Positions 13,184-25,543 of a DNA stretch of 64,000 bases are shown here, piece by piece (within the stretch, counting starts at the first letter, position 1; the number at the start of each line of letters is the position of its first letter). The notes beneath the pieces are model-generated. The model made no database searches. It was not told the origin of the DNA and saw nothing but the letters and a program-made list of their open reading frames with translations. Origin of the DNA: Macrostomum lignano (Eukaryota); the NCBI GenBank assembly GCA_002269645.1, contig NIVC01002906.1, forward strand, positions 62,001 through 126,000, read 5' to 3'. The translations under genes and the position numbers were made by a program.

Positions 13184-14166
13184 GAATACGCAGTTAGCGT
13201 CACAGGGCGCGCTTCAAGGCCAGGTCGCGAATGAACGCCACGCCGCCGGCCGAATCCGGGACGCCGGCGTCAGCCAGCAGGCAGTCGACGAAACGCCGAG
13301 TGCGCGCCTGCCCCTGCCGGTAGGTGCCTGCAGCGTCAGCAGCAGCACCTCCTGCACCGGCTGTGGGCAGTACGACTCGGCGCGGATGATGCGGTCTGCC
13401 AGCTGGAGTCGCCGACGGCGCAAAAGGTCGCTTGGACGGACCAGGCCTTTGCGGCGATACAAAGCCGCGTTGGTCACTCGCTCGTAGCCGATCGTGAAGG
13501 CGGCGCGCAGCAGCCCAGCGTGCGCCGCGTCAACCTGCTGCTCGAGCGACTCCGTCAGCGTCCAGGTCTCGGCGTTGTACAGCAGGACGGTCTCGGTCAC
13601 CGCCTGGAACAACGCCACCCTCTGGCGGTCAGGTAAGGCCTCGGACTGCAGGACTGCCCTCACAGAACGAAAGGCAGCCCAGGCAAGCCCGCGGCGACGC
13701 CGCAAATCCTCGCGGACGCTGGGAACCAGACCGCCGAGGTAGACCAACTGCTGACAACGCGGAAGCTCTGTCGCCTTTCCATCAGCGCCTCGGCACAAAA
13801 TCATAGCCTCGATGTCGTCTGGCACGCAGAGCACGACGGTCTTCTGCGTGTTGACCACCAGGCCGACGCTCGCCGCAACAGCAACTAGCTTGTCCATTTG
13901 TCGCTGGGCGCCCTCGACAGTTAAGGACAGCAGGGCGAGATCGTCGGCGTAGCCAAGCACGCTGAGCCGCCTCTCCGGTTGACGTTGACCCACGCGTCGC
14001 CGCAACAGAAAGCCGTCGTCGTTGGTAGGAAGAGCGGTCCGCAGCACCCAGTCAAGCACCAGAACGAACAGGAACGGCGCAAGCGTATCTCGACCAGACC
14101 AGACCGCCGAGGTAGACGAATTGCTGACAACGCGGAAGCTCTGTCGCCTTTCCATCAGCGCCTCGG
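13135..14166 (-). mobile_element. 5'-truncated non-LTR retrotransposon (RTE-like LINE): RT C-terminal half plus microsatellite tail
   Basis: Minus ORF contains RT motifs DTLAPFLFVLVLDWVLR, LGYADDLALL, GLVVNTQKT and YLG, plus the RTE-type region LFQAVTETVLLYNAETW. The 3' end is a (GTT)16 tail (13135-13182). A 1-bp deletion at 13323-13324 shifts the C-terminus; the restored stop is at 13200-13202. No TSD found. Confidence 0.9.
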
Positions 14167-14779
14167 AAAGGAAAGCTAAAAGTGACGCCTTGCGCAGACT
14201 ACTCGTAAGATTCGATTTCAATTCGGAAGAAGCATTATCCAGCGATGACTCGACGGAGATTGAATCAGAATTGAGTCGGAAAGCATGGATTCAGAATAGC
14301 CGAATCCCGAGAGAATTGCAAGAAAAATGAGTGGTTGCTCATGCAGGCCTTCATGAGGTGCAATCAGACACTCGGACCTCGGGAACAAAGGCCGGCTACC
14401 TTCAGGACACAAGCATTCCTGCCGCTTCCACTGATGTTCGCAGAGTTCGTCGCAGTGGTCAAGTTGAACAAATTCCGACTTGATGCATCCTTGATGTAAG
14501 CACATGTCAAAGCCTGATTTAAGCATGCTTGACCGCCGGCCCAGCTGTACATGCCGCTAATTACCGTTGTTAATCCCCGGATTAAATGCTCGTTAACCGA
14601 CCAAAGAAAGCTGCACAGAATTTCTTTTTTTTTTCAAGACCCCACAGTCAGAACAATTTTGTCATTTTGCGAAAAAAGTTGGCCTCCCCCCCTCCCTACT
14701 CGAGTCCCCGACTTTGAGTACTGCCGCTGAGCCGCGCAGCGGAAACCGAGTTCCCCTGCTCCGGCCGAGCAAAGAGCGG

Positions 14780-15960
14780 AAGCTGGGAAAATGGTTAGAT
14801 GAAGATGGGGCCGCCGCTCGCATCATTGAGCATAATTGGCCGGAGAGGGGATTTCAGGCTGACAGGGGGGGGGGGGTGCGCAGGTGAGGCGCTGCCCTCT
14901 CGCCCGTCAGCCCGGGCCTAATTGCAGCAGATCATGCCCCATAGTTGCGGCCTTAATCTGTATTATTTGAACCTAATTACCCGGAGATTATGTCACAGAA
15001 TGGGATCATTAGATTATCAGGGCAGATTTCGGAGGCACTTCAAGCCAGAGCCAGATATTGGCGGGTGAGCTCCGGGATTTCCAGCTAGTTTCTCAGCTCT
15101 GAAGCTGGCTGCATCGCTTCCCCTAATTAGGGCCAATTAAAACCACCTGGCCAGGGCATGCTCAACCCATTATGCTTACTATAACACTCCCTAGCGTGCT
15201 GCGTCACCTCAAATATAGCCTCCTTAGCGAGAGCAACAGCCCAGCTGTATAAGAGAAATATTCTAGGTGCTTTTCTGAATCTCCCACCCCTTCTCCTCCC
15301 TGAGCCCGATCTGCAGTCTGGGCGCGAAATCCCCCCCCCCCGCCTAGACAAATATATTCCCAGCTCAGCTCCAACAAGCCGATCAATAAGCTGCTAATGA
15401 TCAGTTTTCTTTGTGTTAATTAGATGAGCGGGGGCTGCAATGATGCCTGATTCGTCCCTATAGGCCAGATTTTCGCCCACCCCCCGACCAATTTGCCGAG
15501 CAGAAATTCGATTAGCGAGAAGGACTGGCGGTCCCCCGCCGCGCCCACGGTCTGCCCGCGGCTCCTCCAGCAGAGATCAGTTAAACAAAAAAAGAGATTC
15601 CATCAGCGCCAAGGGGCGGCAGCAGCGGCAGTTTAGCCCGAGATTAATTGCTGCTAATTTGGCATGCAGGCTGTGGGATCTGCCGGCCTCGGCCGCTTTC
15701 TCCTATGGGGCGGGGTTGGCTTGTAATTGAGTCCATCAAATCCTATTAGCGCCCGTGATTGGCCGCTCTCGTAGCGTGCCGAGCTCCCCTCATTCTCAGC
15801 CCTCTCACTTTCTTCCCTCGTTGGCCCGGCCCTGTCAGCCAGCCGTTGATTTCTTGATTTTGAAGTTCGTTTCCAGCTAAATCGAATTTCTGTCGGCAAA
15901 TTCAACAGATTTTAATGAACCGGCGCCAACAGGGGACTCAGCGTGGTTAGCCCAAATCCT
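14780..15960. promoter_or_regulatory. Putative cis-regulatory region upstream of Bsx (GC-rich, non-coding, many TAAT/ATTA cores)
   Basis: Non-repetitive GC-rich sequence with recurrent homeodomain-type cores (CATAATTGG, CTAATTGC, CTAATTAC, CTAATTAGG, CCAATTAA, GATTAATTG) and no credible ORF. Function is inferred. Confidence 0.35.
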
Positions 15961-16289
15961 CTGCTGATCTTCTGCATCAGTTTTTTTTGAATGGCCCTGC
16001 GGCAGATTGGCGGGCGAGCAAATTTCTGGGATAAATTAATCAAGGAGTAACAACAGAGAGGAACACGCAAATCCTTAATTTGTCTCGAACTTGGCGATTT
16101 CGAAGCTCTAAGAAATTAAAGAGGCAAAAAGAGGCCCGGCATGGAGTGCTGGTTAAAAGTTCCAAAAAGTTCAAAAAAACAATCGCAGCAAGCGCCAGAC
16201 GAATAGATAAAATGAGGCGCCACACAAGAGCGCCACACAGAGGTGCCAAGCAAAACGCCGCCACTAGATGCCAAAAGCAAAAAAGTTGC

Positions 16290-16525
16290 GCCAGAAGCAG
16301 AGCCAGAAGCAGAGCTAGAAGCAGAGCCAGAAGCAGAGCCAGAAGCAGAGCCAGAAGCAGAGCCAGAAGCAGAGCCAGAAGCAGAGCCAGAAGCAGAGCC
16401 AGAAGCAGAGCCAGAAGCAGAGCCAGAAGCAGAGCCAGAAGCAGAGCCAGAAGCAGAGCCAGAAGCAGAGCCAGAAGCAGAGCCAGAAGCAGAGCCAGAA
16501 GCAGAGCCAGAAGCAGGGCCAGAAG
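16290..16525. repeat. 12-bp tandem repeat (GCCAGAAGCAGA)n, ~20 copies
   Basis: Near-perfect 12-mer array producing the (RSRA)n and (EAEP)n ORFs. Confidence 0.95.
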
Positions 16526-17076
16526 CAACGTAACACGCAAACGAATCTGTGAAGAAAATGCTACCAATCTTAAAAATTCAAATTCGAATGTCATTCTGAA
16601 TCATTTAAACAAACAAAATTATGTGATAATGATAAAATCTACATTGCATGGCATTGATTCGTCTTACTGCTTTCACACTGAGACGCCGGCCCGAAAAGAC
16701 GAGCTGACAGATGCAGGAAAGAGCTGCGATTTCGGTCCATTAGCAAGACCGAGCTTTCTGGCTCGAAAATTAAGATTAAGAAGAAGTTAAGAATCACGAA
16801 AGCCCCAGCTATACATTTGATTTAAGAAGGGGGAGATTTATCCCATTTAACAAGCGATGGCGTGCGGCTAATGGGAGTTTCATTTTGGCAAAGCCTTTTG
16901 GCAAGGTGTGGGGTGGAGGGGAGACCCGGGTTAAGTGGCCAGCTTAGCTGACTAGAGGGCCTCTCAAGACTCCAATTAACTTTCACTCAGACCCACCCAG
17001 CCACTTGTAACTAACCGGCTTAAGTCTGCTCATTTTCTTGCGCTCCTGACTACAGCTCAAATCCATTCTCAAATCC

Positions 17077-17230
17077 CATATCTAGATTCTTAAATCTCAC
17101 ATCTAGATTCTCAAATCTCACATCTAGATTCTCAAACCCAATATCTAGATTCTCAGATCCCATATCTAGATTCTCAGATACCATATCTAGATTCTCAGAT
17201 ACCATGTCTAGATTCTCAGATCCCATATCT
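17077..17230. repeat. 21-bp minisatellite (ATCTAGATTCTCAAATCCCAT-like)
   Basis: Period of 21 between 17101 and 17122. Confidence 0.88.
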
Positions 17231-17354
17231 AGATCCTTCTTAGGTTTAATTTTAAAAACTCGAACTTTCGAAGCATGAACTCGTTTTTATTATGATCTTT
17301 TCTAGATTTACCTAGCCTCTTGGGATCTCATTTAGGCCCTTGAGATCTCATCTA

Positions 17355-17772
17355 GACCCCCTGGAATCCCATCAAGACCCCCTGGAATCCTATATAGACC
17401 CCTGGAATCCCATATAGACCCCTGGAATCCTATATAGACCCCTGGAATCCCATATAGACCCCTGGAATCCCATCAAGACCCCTGGAATCCCATCTAGACC
17501 CTGGAATCCCATCTAGACCCCTGGAATCCCATCTAGACCCCTGGAATCCCATCTAGACCCCTGGAATCCCATCTAGACGCCTAGAATCCCATCTAGACCC
17601 CTAGAATCCCATATAGACCCCTAGAATCCCATCTAGACCCCTAGAATCCCATATAGACCCCTGGAATCCCATCTAGACCCCTAGAATCCCATCTAGACCC
17701 CTGGAATCCCATTTAGACCCCTGGAATCCCTAGACCCCTGGAATCCCATCTAGACCCCTGGAATCCCATCTG
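17355..17772. repeat. 19-20-bp minisatellite (CCCCTGGAATCCCATCTAGA)
   Basis: About 21 tandem copies immediately upstream of the Bsx promoter region. Confidence 0.93.
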
Positions 17773-18070
17773 GATCACTGCTCGCACACGCAGTCCCCAT
17801 ATCTCAGAGCGCACAATGTCGAACAATCAAAAACTGATTCGAGCAGTTCCCCAGGCCGCTCTGCCCCGCGCCAATCAAGCCCGCAGTCTCTTCCCTGATT
17901 GGGTAGCAGAGGATGAGAAGGGACTGGGGGGGGGGGAGGATTCTTGAGCTGTTCGAGTCGGCTCGAGTCCGCGATATTAAAACTAAAGCGGCAATTTTCT
18001 CTTGCCAGCTAAAAGCAACACCAATTTCTGCTTTTATTTCTGTCAAGAAATCCACAGGAGCAGAAGCAGC

Positions 18071-21000
18071 ATGACCGCGCAGAAGCAGCAGATCCTCGGC
18101 AGCGCGTTCAAGATCGACAACCTGCTGAAGGACACGGCGTCGCCTGTCAAGTCCTCCACGTCGTCGGCGATTTCGGCGGAGCTGTCGGGGATGCTCGCGA
18201 CTGGACTGCAGCACCAGCCGCCGCCGCCGCCGCCGCTGCCGTCGACTCCCAGAATGCCGTTTGACTTTGCCGCCGGCTTCCCCTACCCGCCGCTTCTGCC
18301 GCCCCTGAGCGGCGCCTACAAGTGCGACTCGGCCGCCTTCTTCCTGCCCGGCGGCGGTAAGCTGGGATAAAATTGGGATAAATCTCCCATCATTGACACA
18401 CACTGAGGTAGATTGGGATAAATCTCCCATCAGTGACACACACTGAGGTATATTGGGATAAATATCCCATCATTGTTACACTGAGGTAGATTGGGATAAA
18501 TATCCCATCATTGATACACACTGAGGTAGATTGGGATAAATCTTCCATGATTGGCACACATTGAGGTAGATTGGGATAAATCTCCCATCAGTGACATACA
18601 CTGAGGTAGATTGGGATAAATCTCCCATCAGTGACATACTGGGGTAGATTGGGATAAATCTCCCATCATGGACACACTGAGGTAGATTGGGATAAATCTT
18701 CCATCATTGTCACACTGAGGTAGATTGGGATAAATCTCCCATCAGTGACACACACTAAGGTAGATTGGGATAAATATCCCATCATTGTCACACTGAGGTA
18801 GATTGGGATAAATTTCCCATCATTGACACACATTGAGGTAGATTGGGATAAATCTCCCATCAGTGACATACACTGAGGTAGATTGGGATAAATCTCCCAT
18901 CAGTGACATACACTGAGGTAGATTGGGATGAATCTCCCATCATTGGCACACTGAGGTAGATTGGGATAAATCTTCTATCATTGACACACTAAGGTAGATT
19001 GGGATAAATCTCCCATCAGTGACATACTGGGGTAGATTGGGATAAATTTCCCATCAGTGACATACTGGGGTAGATTGGAATAAATCTCACATCATTGTCA
19101 CACTGAAGTAGATTTGAATAAATCTCCCGTCATTGTCACACTGAGGTAGATTGGGATAAATCTCCCATCAGTGACATACTGAGGTAGATTGGGATAAATC
19201 TCCCATCATGGACACACTGAGGTAGATTGGGATAAATCTTCCATCATTGTCACACTGAGGTAGATTGGGATAAATCTCCCATCATTGACACACACTGAGA
19301 TAGATTGGGATAAATATCCCATCATTGATACACACTAAGGTAGATTGGGATAAATCTCCCATCAGTGACATACTGGGGTAGATTGGGATAAATCTCCCAT
19401 CAGTGACATACTGGGGTAGATTGGAATAAATCTCACATCATTGTCACACTGAAGTAGATTGGGATAAATCTCCCGTCATTGTCACACTGAGGTAGATTGG
19501 GATAAATCTCCCATCATGGACACACTGAGGTAGATTGGGATAAATCTTCCATCATTGACACACACTGAGATAGATTGGGATAAATATCCCATCATTGTCT
19601 CACTGAGGTAGATTGGGATAAATTTCCCATCATTGACACACACTGAGATAGATTGGGATAAATATCCCATCATTGATACATACTGAGGTAGATTGGGATA
19701 AATCTTCCATGATTGGCACACATTGAGGTAGATTGGGATATATCTCCCATCAGTGACATACTGAGGTAGATTGGGATAAATCTTCCATCATTGTCACACT
19801 GAGGTAGATTGGGATAAATCTTCCATCATTGACACACACTGAGATAGATTGGGATAAATCTCCCATCATTGGCACACTGAGGTAGATTGGGATAAATATC
19901 CTATCATTGACACACTAAGGTAGATTGGGATAAATCTTCCATGATTGGCACACATTGAGGTAGATTGGGATAAATCTCCCACCATTAACACACTGAGATA
20001 GATTGGGATATATCTCCCATCATTGACACACTAAAGTAGATTGGGATAAATCTCTCACAAATTAAATTGAGCTAGATAGGTACTGGGTGTTAAAATGATA
20101 GTACAATCCCGCAATCCCAGCCTTGCTGTTAATCTCTTTTTGCCCCACCTAACAAGCAGAATTGGCCCGCAATCGGAGGTAACCGCCGCTCTCTCCCCTG
20201 CTGGGAAGATTGAAAGCCCCTCCCCATTGAAAACGGGAGAAAGAATTCCGTTTCCCCAGCACTCGAGGAGAGCACAGCTCGCAATCGGCAGATTCCTGTA
20301 ACAAAATTGGCTCCCCGCCATCAACTTGTTATCGCTTTAGCCAGTCAGTTGGGGGGGGGGCATTGGGATAAACGGATTTACAAAATCTACTTAACAACTG
20401 ACGCCTTATCAAATCAAACGAGCGGGCCTCCCAAACCGACACCTCTCGGCCGACAATGGGGCTGAGCAGGGATGCGATTTACTCACGTGAAATTGAGTCA
20501 GAGCCACGTGGCCACTTCTCGGTAGTCCTGGCCAGTTATTATTGTCAGCCGCTGCTCGCTAAACAGAGTAATCTTGCTTTCTGCCCCTGGGTTCGGGAAG
20601 ATAGACTGAGTCTGGGGCAGTCGCGAGGCGTGGCGTTTATCCCTGATTGAGGCTGGGACAAATCTCTCCTAGTCGCCTCGTCATCTCCTCCTATTTAGCT
20701 TTTTTGCCGTTGATCCCCTTTTCGACCAGAGCCGAAAGCAGAGCAAAGTAAAGCCAGAAGGAAGCAGAGCTCAGATTGCCCAATTAGTCCGGGGATAATA
20801 ATCCCCAGGCTCTGGGAAGCCACCGACTCGGCTAAGGAGTAATTGGCTACCAATTTCTCGGAAATGTTGCATCTTCGTCTTGCAGAAATTTGTGCCGCCC
20901 GTTATGACCTGCACCCGCGCTCTGCCTCCCGTCTGCTTTCTTCTTCTTCTGTCTCTCTGATCCGAGACTTCGTTAACTTTGAAGATTGGCAAAGGGGGCG

Positions 21001-22227
21001 CTGCGGCAATTGCAGAGAAAGAGCAGAAAGTGGAAAATTAGTTGAAGAAAAGCCAGTTATACTTTTGTTCCAGATTGTAATTTCTCAAAATTAGGAATCA
21101 TGACTGAAATCTGGCATGCCGGAAGCAGGATCGGAGCAATGAGTGTACTGATTAAAGAGCAAATATCTGATTGAGTTACTTCAGTTGAAGGCAGGCAGGC
21201 ATTGGAGGCCAAGACTTCCACACCAACCATCTTACTCGTACAGTCTAGCTGACACCTTCACTGCAGCCACAGCAGTTCATAGCTGACCCCACAGTGCCAC
21301 ATGATCAGCAACACAACCCACCCCCTGACCCCACAGTGCCACATGATCAGCAACACAACCCCACCTCCTGACCCCGCAGTGCCACATGATCAGCAACACA
21401 ACCCACCCCGACCCCACAGTGCCACATGATCAGCAACACAACCCCACCTCCTGACCCCGCAGTGCCACATGATCAGCAACACAACCCCACCTCCTGACCC
21501 CGCAGTGCCACATGATCAGCAACACAACCCACCCCGACCCCACAGTGCCACATGATCAGCAACACAACCCCACCTCCTGACCCCGCAGTGCCACATGATC
21601 AGCAACACAACCCCACCTCCTGACCCCGCAGTGCCACATGATCAGCAACACAACCCCACCTCCTGACCCCGCAGTGCCACATGATCAGCAACACAACCCC
21701 ACCTCCTGACCCCGCAGTGCCACATGATCAGCAACACAACCCCACCTCCTGACCCCGCAGTGCCACATAATCAGCAACACAACCCCACCTCCTAACCCCA
21801 CAGTTTACCCGTCCATCTCTCTATACGGCGGCGACCAGTCCGGCAAGGCCTGCCGCAGGCGCAAGGCCCGCACGGTGTTCAGCGACGCCCAGTTGTCCGG
21901 ACTCGAGCAGCGCTTTGAAACGCAGCGCTATCTCAGCACGCCGAGCGCATCGAGCTGGCCAACCAGCTCAGCCTGACGGAAGTCCAGGTGAAGACCTGGT
22001 TCCAGAATCGTCGGATGAAGCATAAGAAGCTGGTGCGCAAGCAGACTGGCCAGCAGCAAATTCAAAGCGGCAACAACGCTGGCGGCGTCCTTGGTAACGG
22101 AATCGGCGGACTCCATGAACACCGCGGCTTAGACGATGGCCGAGCCTCGCTCAGCAGCTTCGGTGACGAGGATGCCGACGTAGACCGGGACGAAGATCTC
22201 AGCCCAGCCTCGATCGAGGAGCCCTGA
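18071..22227 (+). CDS. bsx: Brain-specific homeobox (Bsx/bsh) orthologue, ~236 aa; exons 18071-18356 and 21804-22227; 1-bp deletion at 21943/21944 within the homeobox
   Basis: Exon 1 has an eh1-like motif FKIDNLL (18107-18127) and a G|GTAAGC donor. After the CCCACAG acceptor, exon 2 reads [33 protein letters not shown], then in the shifted frame [33 protein letters not shown]. This matches the BSX-class homeodomain as I recall it ([36 protein letters not shown]...RMKHKK). Confidence 0.9.
18364..20052. repeat. ~38-41-bp minisatellite (CACTGAGGTAGATTGGGATAAATCTCCCATCATTGACA) starting at the Bsx intron 5' end
   Basis: About 42 copies. The array begins within ~10 bp of the donor at 18357. Confidence 0.95.
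21285..21803. repeat. 39-43-bp minisatellite (CTGACCCCGCAGTGCCACATGATCAGCAACACAACCCCACCTC) ending at the Bsx 3' splice site
   Basis: Period of 43 (21451 to 21494), ~12 copies. The last copy supplies the real acceptor CTAACCCCACAG (21792-21803). Confidence 0.95.
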
Positions 22228-23190
22228 CTCCTGGGGAAACCCGGCTCAGTTTCTGTTTTCCCCATCCCTTCCCATGCTAGATTTGGCTTTAACCAAGCAT
22301 TGCAGACTTACATGTAGCACTGCTATTACCAGTATTTCTCGTATGCTGAAAATATGAGGCATGCAATTTTTTGAATCCAGCAGCAGAGAGAACTCATTAA
22401 TTTATTGTGCAATCTTTAGCTTGTTTAACAGATTTGACTTCTGCTACTTGAAGTAGAAGTATTGTGTTCTCTAATCTTATATTCGGTCTAGTGTTACAGA
22501 TTAATGATGACATCTAAAAAAAGATCGTTGAATTCAGTTCTGAAGATTTAATAACGAAAACTATTGCAATGATCCTTATCTTTGCATGCTACTGTTTCCC
22601 AAACATTTACCCTTAAATTTTCGTTTCATAAGTTATTCTGTCAGATTGCTGTTTTTTAATAATTAAGTTTTATCGTGTCCCTGCATTGAGCTATTGAGTT
22701 AAAGTTTTGATATAAGTAACTAAATTTTATGATGTATACAGCACCCTAATTATATGACGATGAAAGAAAATGAATAATGAACCACCTTTATTTAAAAGTT
22801 AAAAACGCCAAGTCGTACATGTACATGTACATATTTAAATCTTCTTTCTCAGCTTGATAGTACCGGTATTGTCAGTAAGGCCGGCGCCATGTATGTACGT
22901 ATACATGCTTGCCCAGCTAACTACATGTACCGGTAGTTCTGCGAGCGCGTAGCGCGCAAGGGTCTCTCCTCTGCGTCCTAATAATATGGGGTTACATGTA
23001 CATTTAGGCTCTTACAAACCATGCAGATCGATTTGCAAATTGCTTCCCAATTTAATTGAAATACCTGCAAAAGTCTCCCTTAGCAAGCAGCACCAAAATA
23101 CGAAGCATTAAAAAATACCAATAAAATTGGCTGATAAGTTTTCAAAGAAAATCTTTGTCAGGTTAGTTTCCAACAGCTCGATGAGGAATG

Positions 23191-25424
23191 GGTAGACTTT
23201 AAAACCCTCCAGAGCCAAACCCTCCAGAGCCAAAAATACTCCACAGCCAAAAAATCTATCTTGGCTGTACGTTTTAACCCCCCAAGACCAAAAATTATTG
23301 GGCTTTGCTAAGCGCGTCCATTTTTATATATCTGTTTCTAAATAGTATATTCAATTGCTGCAGAAATTGAAGGCCAGCCGTTTGTTATTCTGAACCAAAA
23401 CACTCCGGACCCAATTAATTTGCTGTGATAATAGTTATATTCCCCCAATACCAAAATTTGACACCCATTTTTCTGTTTATTTTTTTGTATAAACTGTTCT
23501 GCTGGTTTGATGTAGCAACCAAGGTCGTTGTTATGTATTGGCAACACAAACAAACGAACATTTTAAAATTTTCTATTTTAAATTGCGCGTGCAGCACGTG
23601 CACGGTCTGTGCTAACTGTGTTAGCAGTCCTAGAACTCCTGTCAGTAGTTCAAGAGTATGGGGTACTGTCGTGTATACATCTAGGCATTTTCCTTATTAG
23701 CTAATTCAGTTAATTATTAAGCACATATAGTTATTTTAAAAATAATATTCTTAACGCTAAAATTTAAGAGTGCCGCATGTGCATTCACTGGACAATCTAA
23801 TTTGATTAATCTTAATTCAAATCTAATTCAATCTAATTTAATATAATTTTGGACTATAGCCTAAGACTATCTGGTTTCAACTAAGAATTACCCCTAAAAT
23901 CGCCCTAAAAGTTTGATCCCTAAATGGTCTTATGAATTGCGCCCCAAAGCTGCCCGAAAAATATTACTATAGTCAAATAGTGCCTTTTAACTTTTAACTT
24001 TTAACCATACCATGCTGACATATTTAAGGTTTTATATATTGTAGAATTGCATATCACGTTTGGTTATACTGTTAGTTATTAAAATACATGCTCATGGCAT
24101 GCTTATATATGAGGCTTGAGCTGCATCACATATGCACCTCTTCCAACAGTACTTATCAGTACTTATCACTATTTAGTATTTAATAGTTAATTTCTCATCT
24201 AGAAATGTTTCAAAAAAGGTTCAATTTTTGCTTGGCTGCAAGGAAACAAAACTTAATTCTAATAAATATAAATAAAATATTTCTGATTTTACTGCACCAA
24301 AATCTTCAAAAGCACAAATTTTCTTCTTAATTATACTGAGCTACTGCTGTACAATAGTTAAAAATTTCATAAAGTGTTGTATTAGCAACTATAATGGTTT
24401 CATAAAGAAGAATAACTGATTAACCTCAACACCTCATAAATTAGCACCCCATAAATCAGCACCCCTTCAAGAGGTGCCAACATCTCTTCAATCAGCACCC
24501 CTTCAAGAGGTGCCAGCATCTCTTCAATCAGCACCCCTTCAAGAGGTGCCAGCATCTCTTCAATCAGCACCCCTTCAAGAGGTGCCAGCATCTCTTCATT
24601 CGGTACCCCTTCAAGAGGTGCCAGCATCTCTTCAATCAGCACCCCTTCAAGAGGTGCCAGCATCTCTTCAATCAGCAACCCCTTCAAGAGGTGCCAACAT
24701 CTCTTCAATCAGCAACCCCTTCAAGAGGTGCCAGCATCTCTTCAATCAGCACCCCTTCAAGAGGTGCCAGCATCTCTTCAATCAGCAACCCCTTCAAGAG
24801 GTGCCAGCATCTCTTCAATCAGCACCCCTTCAAGAGGTGCCAGCATCTCTTCATTCGGTACCCCTTCAAGAGGTGCCAGCATCTCTTCAATCAGCACCCC
24901 TTCAAGAGGTGCCAGCATCTCTTCAATCAGCAACCCCTTCAAGAGGTGCCAGCATCTCTTCAATCAGCACCCCTTCAAGAGGTGCCAGCATCTCTTCAAT
25001 CAGCACCCCTTCAAGAGGTGCCAGCATCTCTTCAATCAGCACCCCTTCAAGAGGTGCCAGCATCTCTTCAATCAGCACCCCTTCAAGAGGTGCCAGCATC
25101 TCTTCAATCAGCACCCCTTCAAGAGGTGCCAGCATCTCTTCAATCAGCAACCCCTTCAAGAGGTGCCAGCATCTCTTCATTCGGTACCCCTTCAAGAGGT
25201 GCCAGCATCTCTTCAATCAGCACCCCTTCAAGAGGTGCCAGCATCTCTTCAATCAACAACCCCTTCAAGAGGTGCCAGCATCTCTTCATTCGGTACCCCT
25301 TCAAGAGGTGCCAGCATCTCTTCAATCAGCACCCCTTCAAGAGGTGCCAGCATCTCTTCAATCAACAACCCCTTCAAGAGGTGCCAGCATCTCTTCATTC
25401 GGTACCCCTTCAAGAGGTGCCAGT
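23191..25424 (+). repeat. Left modular TIR: ~1265-bp unique arm plus ~27 copies of a 36/37-bp unit (CAGCATCTCTTCAATCAGCACCCCTTCAAGAGGTGC) at ~24456-25424
   Basis: Reverse complement of 30804-33985. The ORF track gives identical translations on opposite strands (e.g. 24400..24708 vs 32466..32774). Confidence 0.93.
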
Positions 25425-25543
25425 ATCTCGATCTTCAATAAACAACCTTCGGGGGGTGCGAGCACCTCTTTAATCGGTAGGTTGTTGTCACCCGTTTCAG
25501 ATTTAACATTTATTGTACACACTTTTTCTTTTCGTAATTTCAG

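Noticed and set aside
14167-14560. Coding-like sequence next to the LINE 5' end (ORFs 14022..14330 and 14218..14526)
   Set aside because: Stops interrupt every frame and no homology is recognised. It may be a TE remnant.
16040-16790. RS-rich (SR-protein/protamine-like), poly-EAEP and poly-LLA ORFs
   Set aside because: All arise from one 12-bp repeat. Flanking translation is not protein-like and no RRM or splice support is present.
22812-23002. Cluster of TACATGTA palindromes (also ~3296, ~3620, ~62252)
   Set aside because: Short self-complementary simple motif scattered through the window, with no structure linking the occurrences.
24456-25424. 36/37-bp repeats of CRISPR-like length with an internal palindrome (also 30804-32720)
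   Set aside because: Units are head-to-tail with no unique spacers, there are no cas genes, the context is eukaryotic, and they are part of transposon TIRs.
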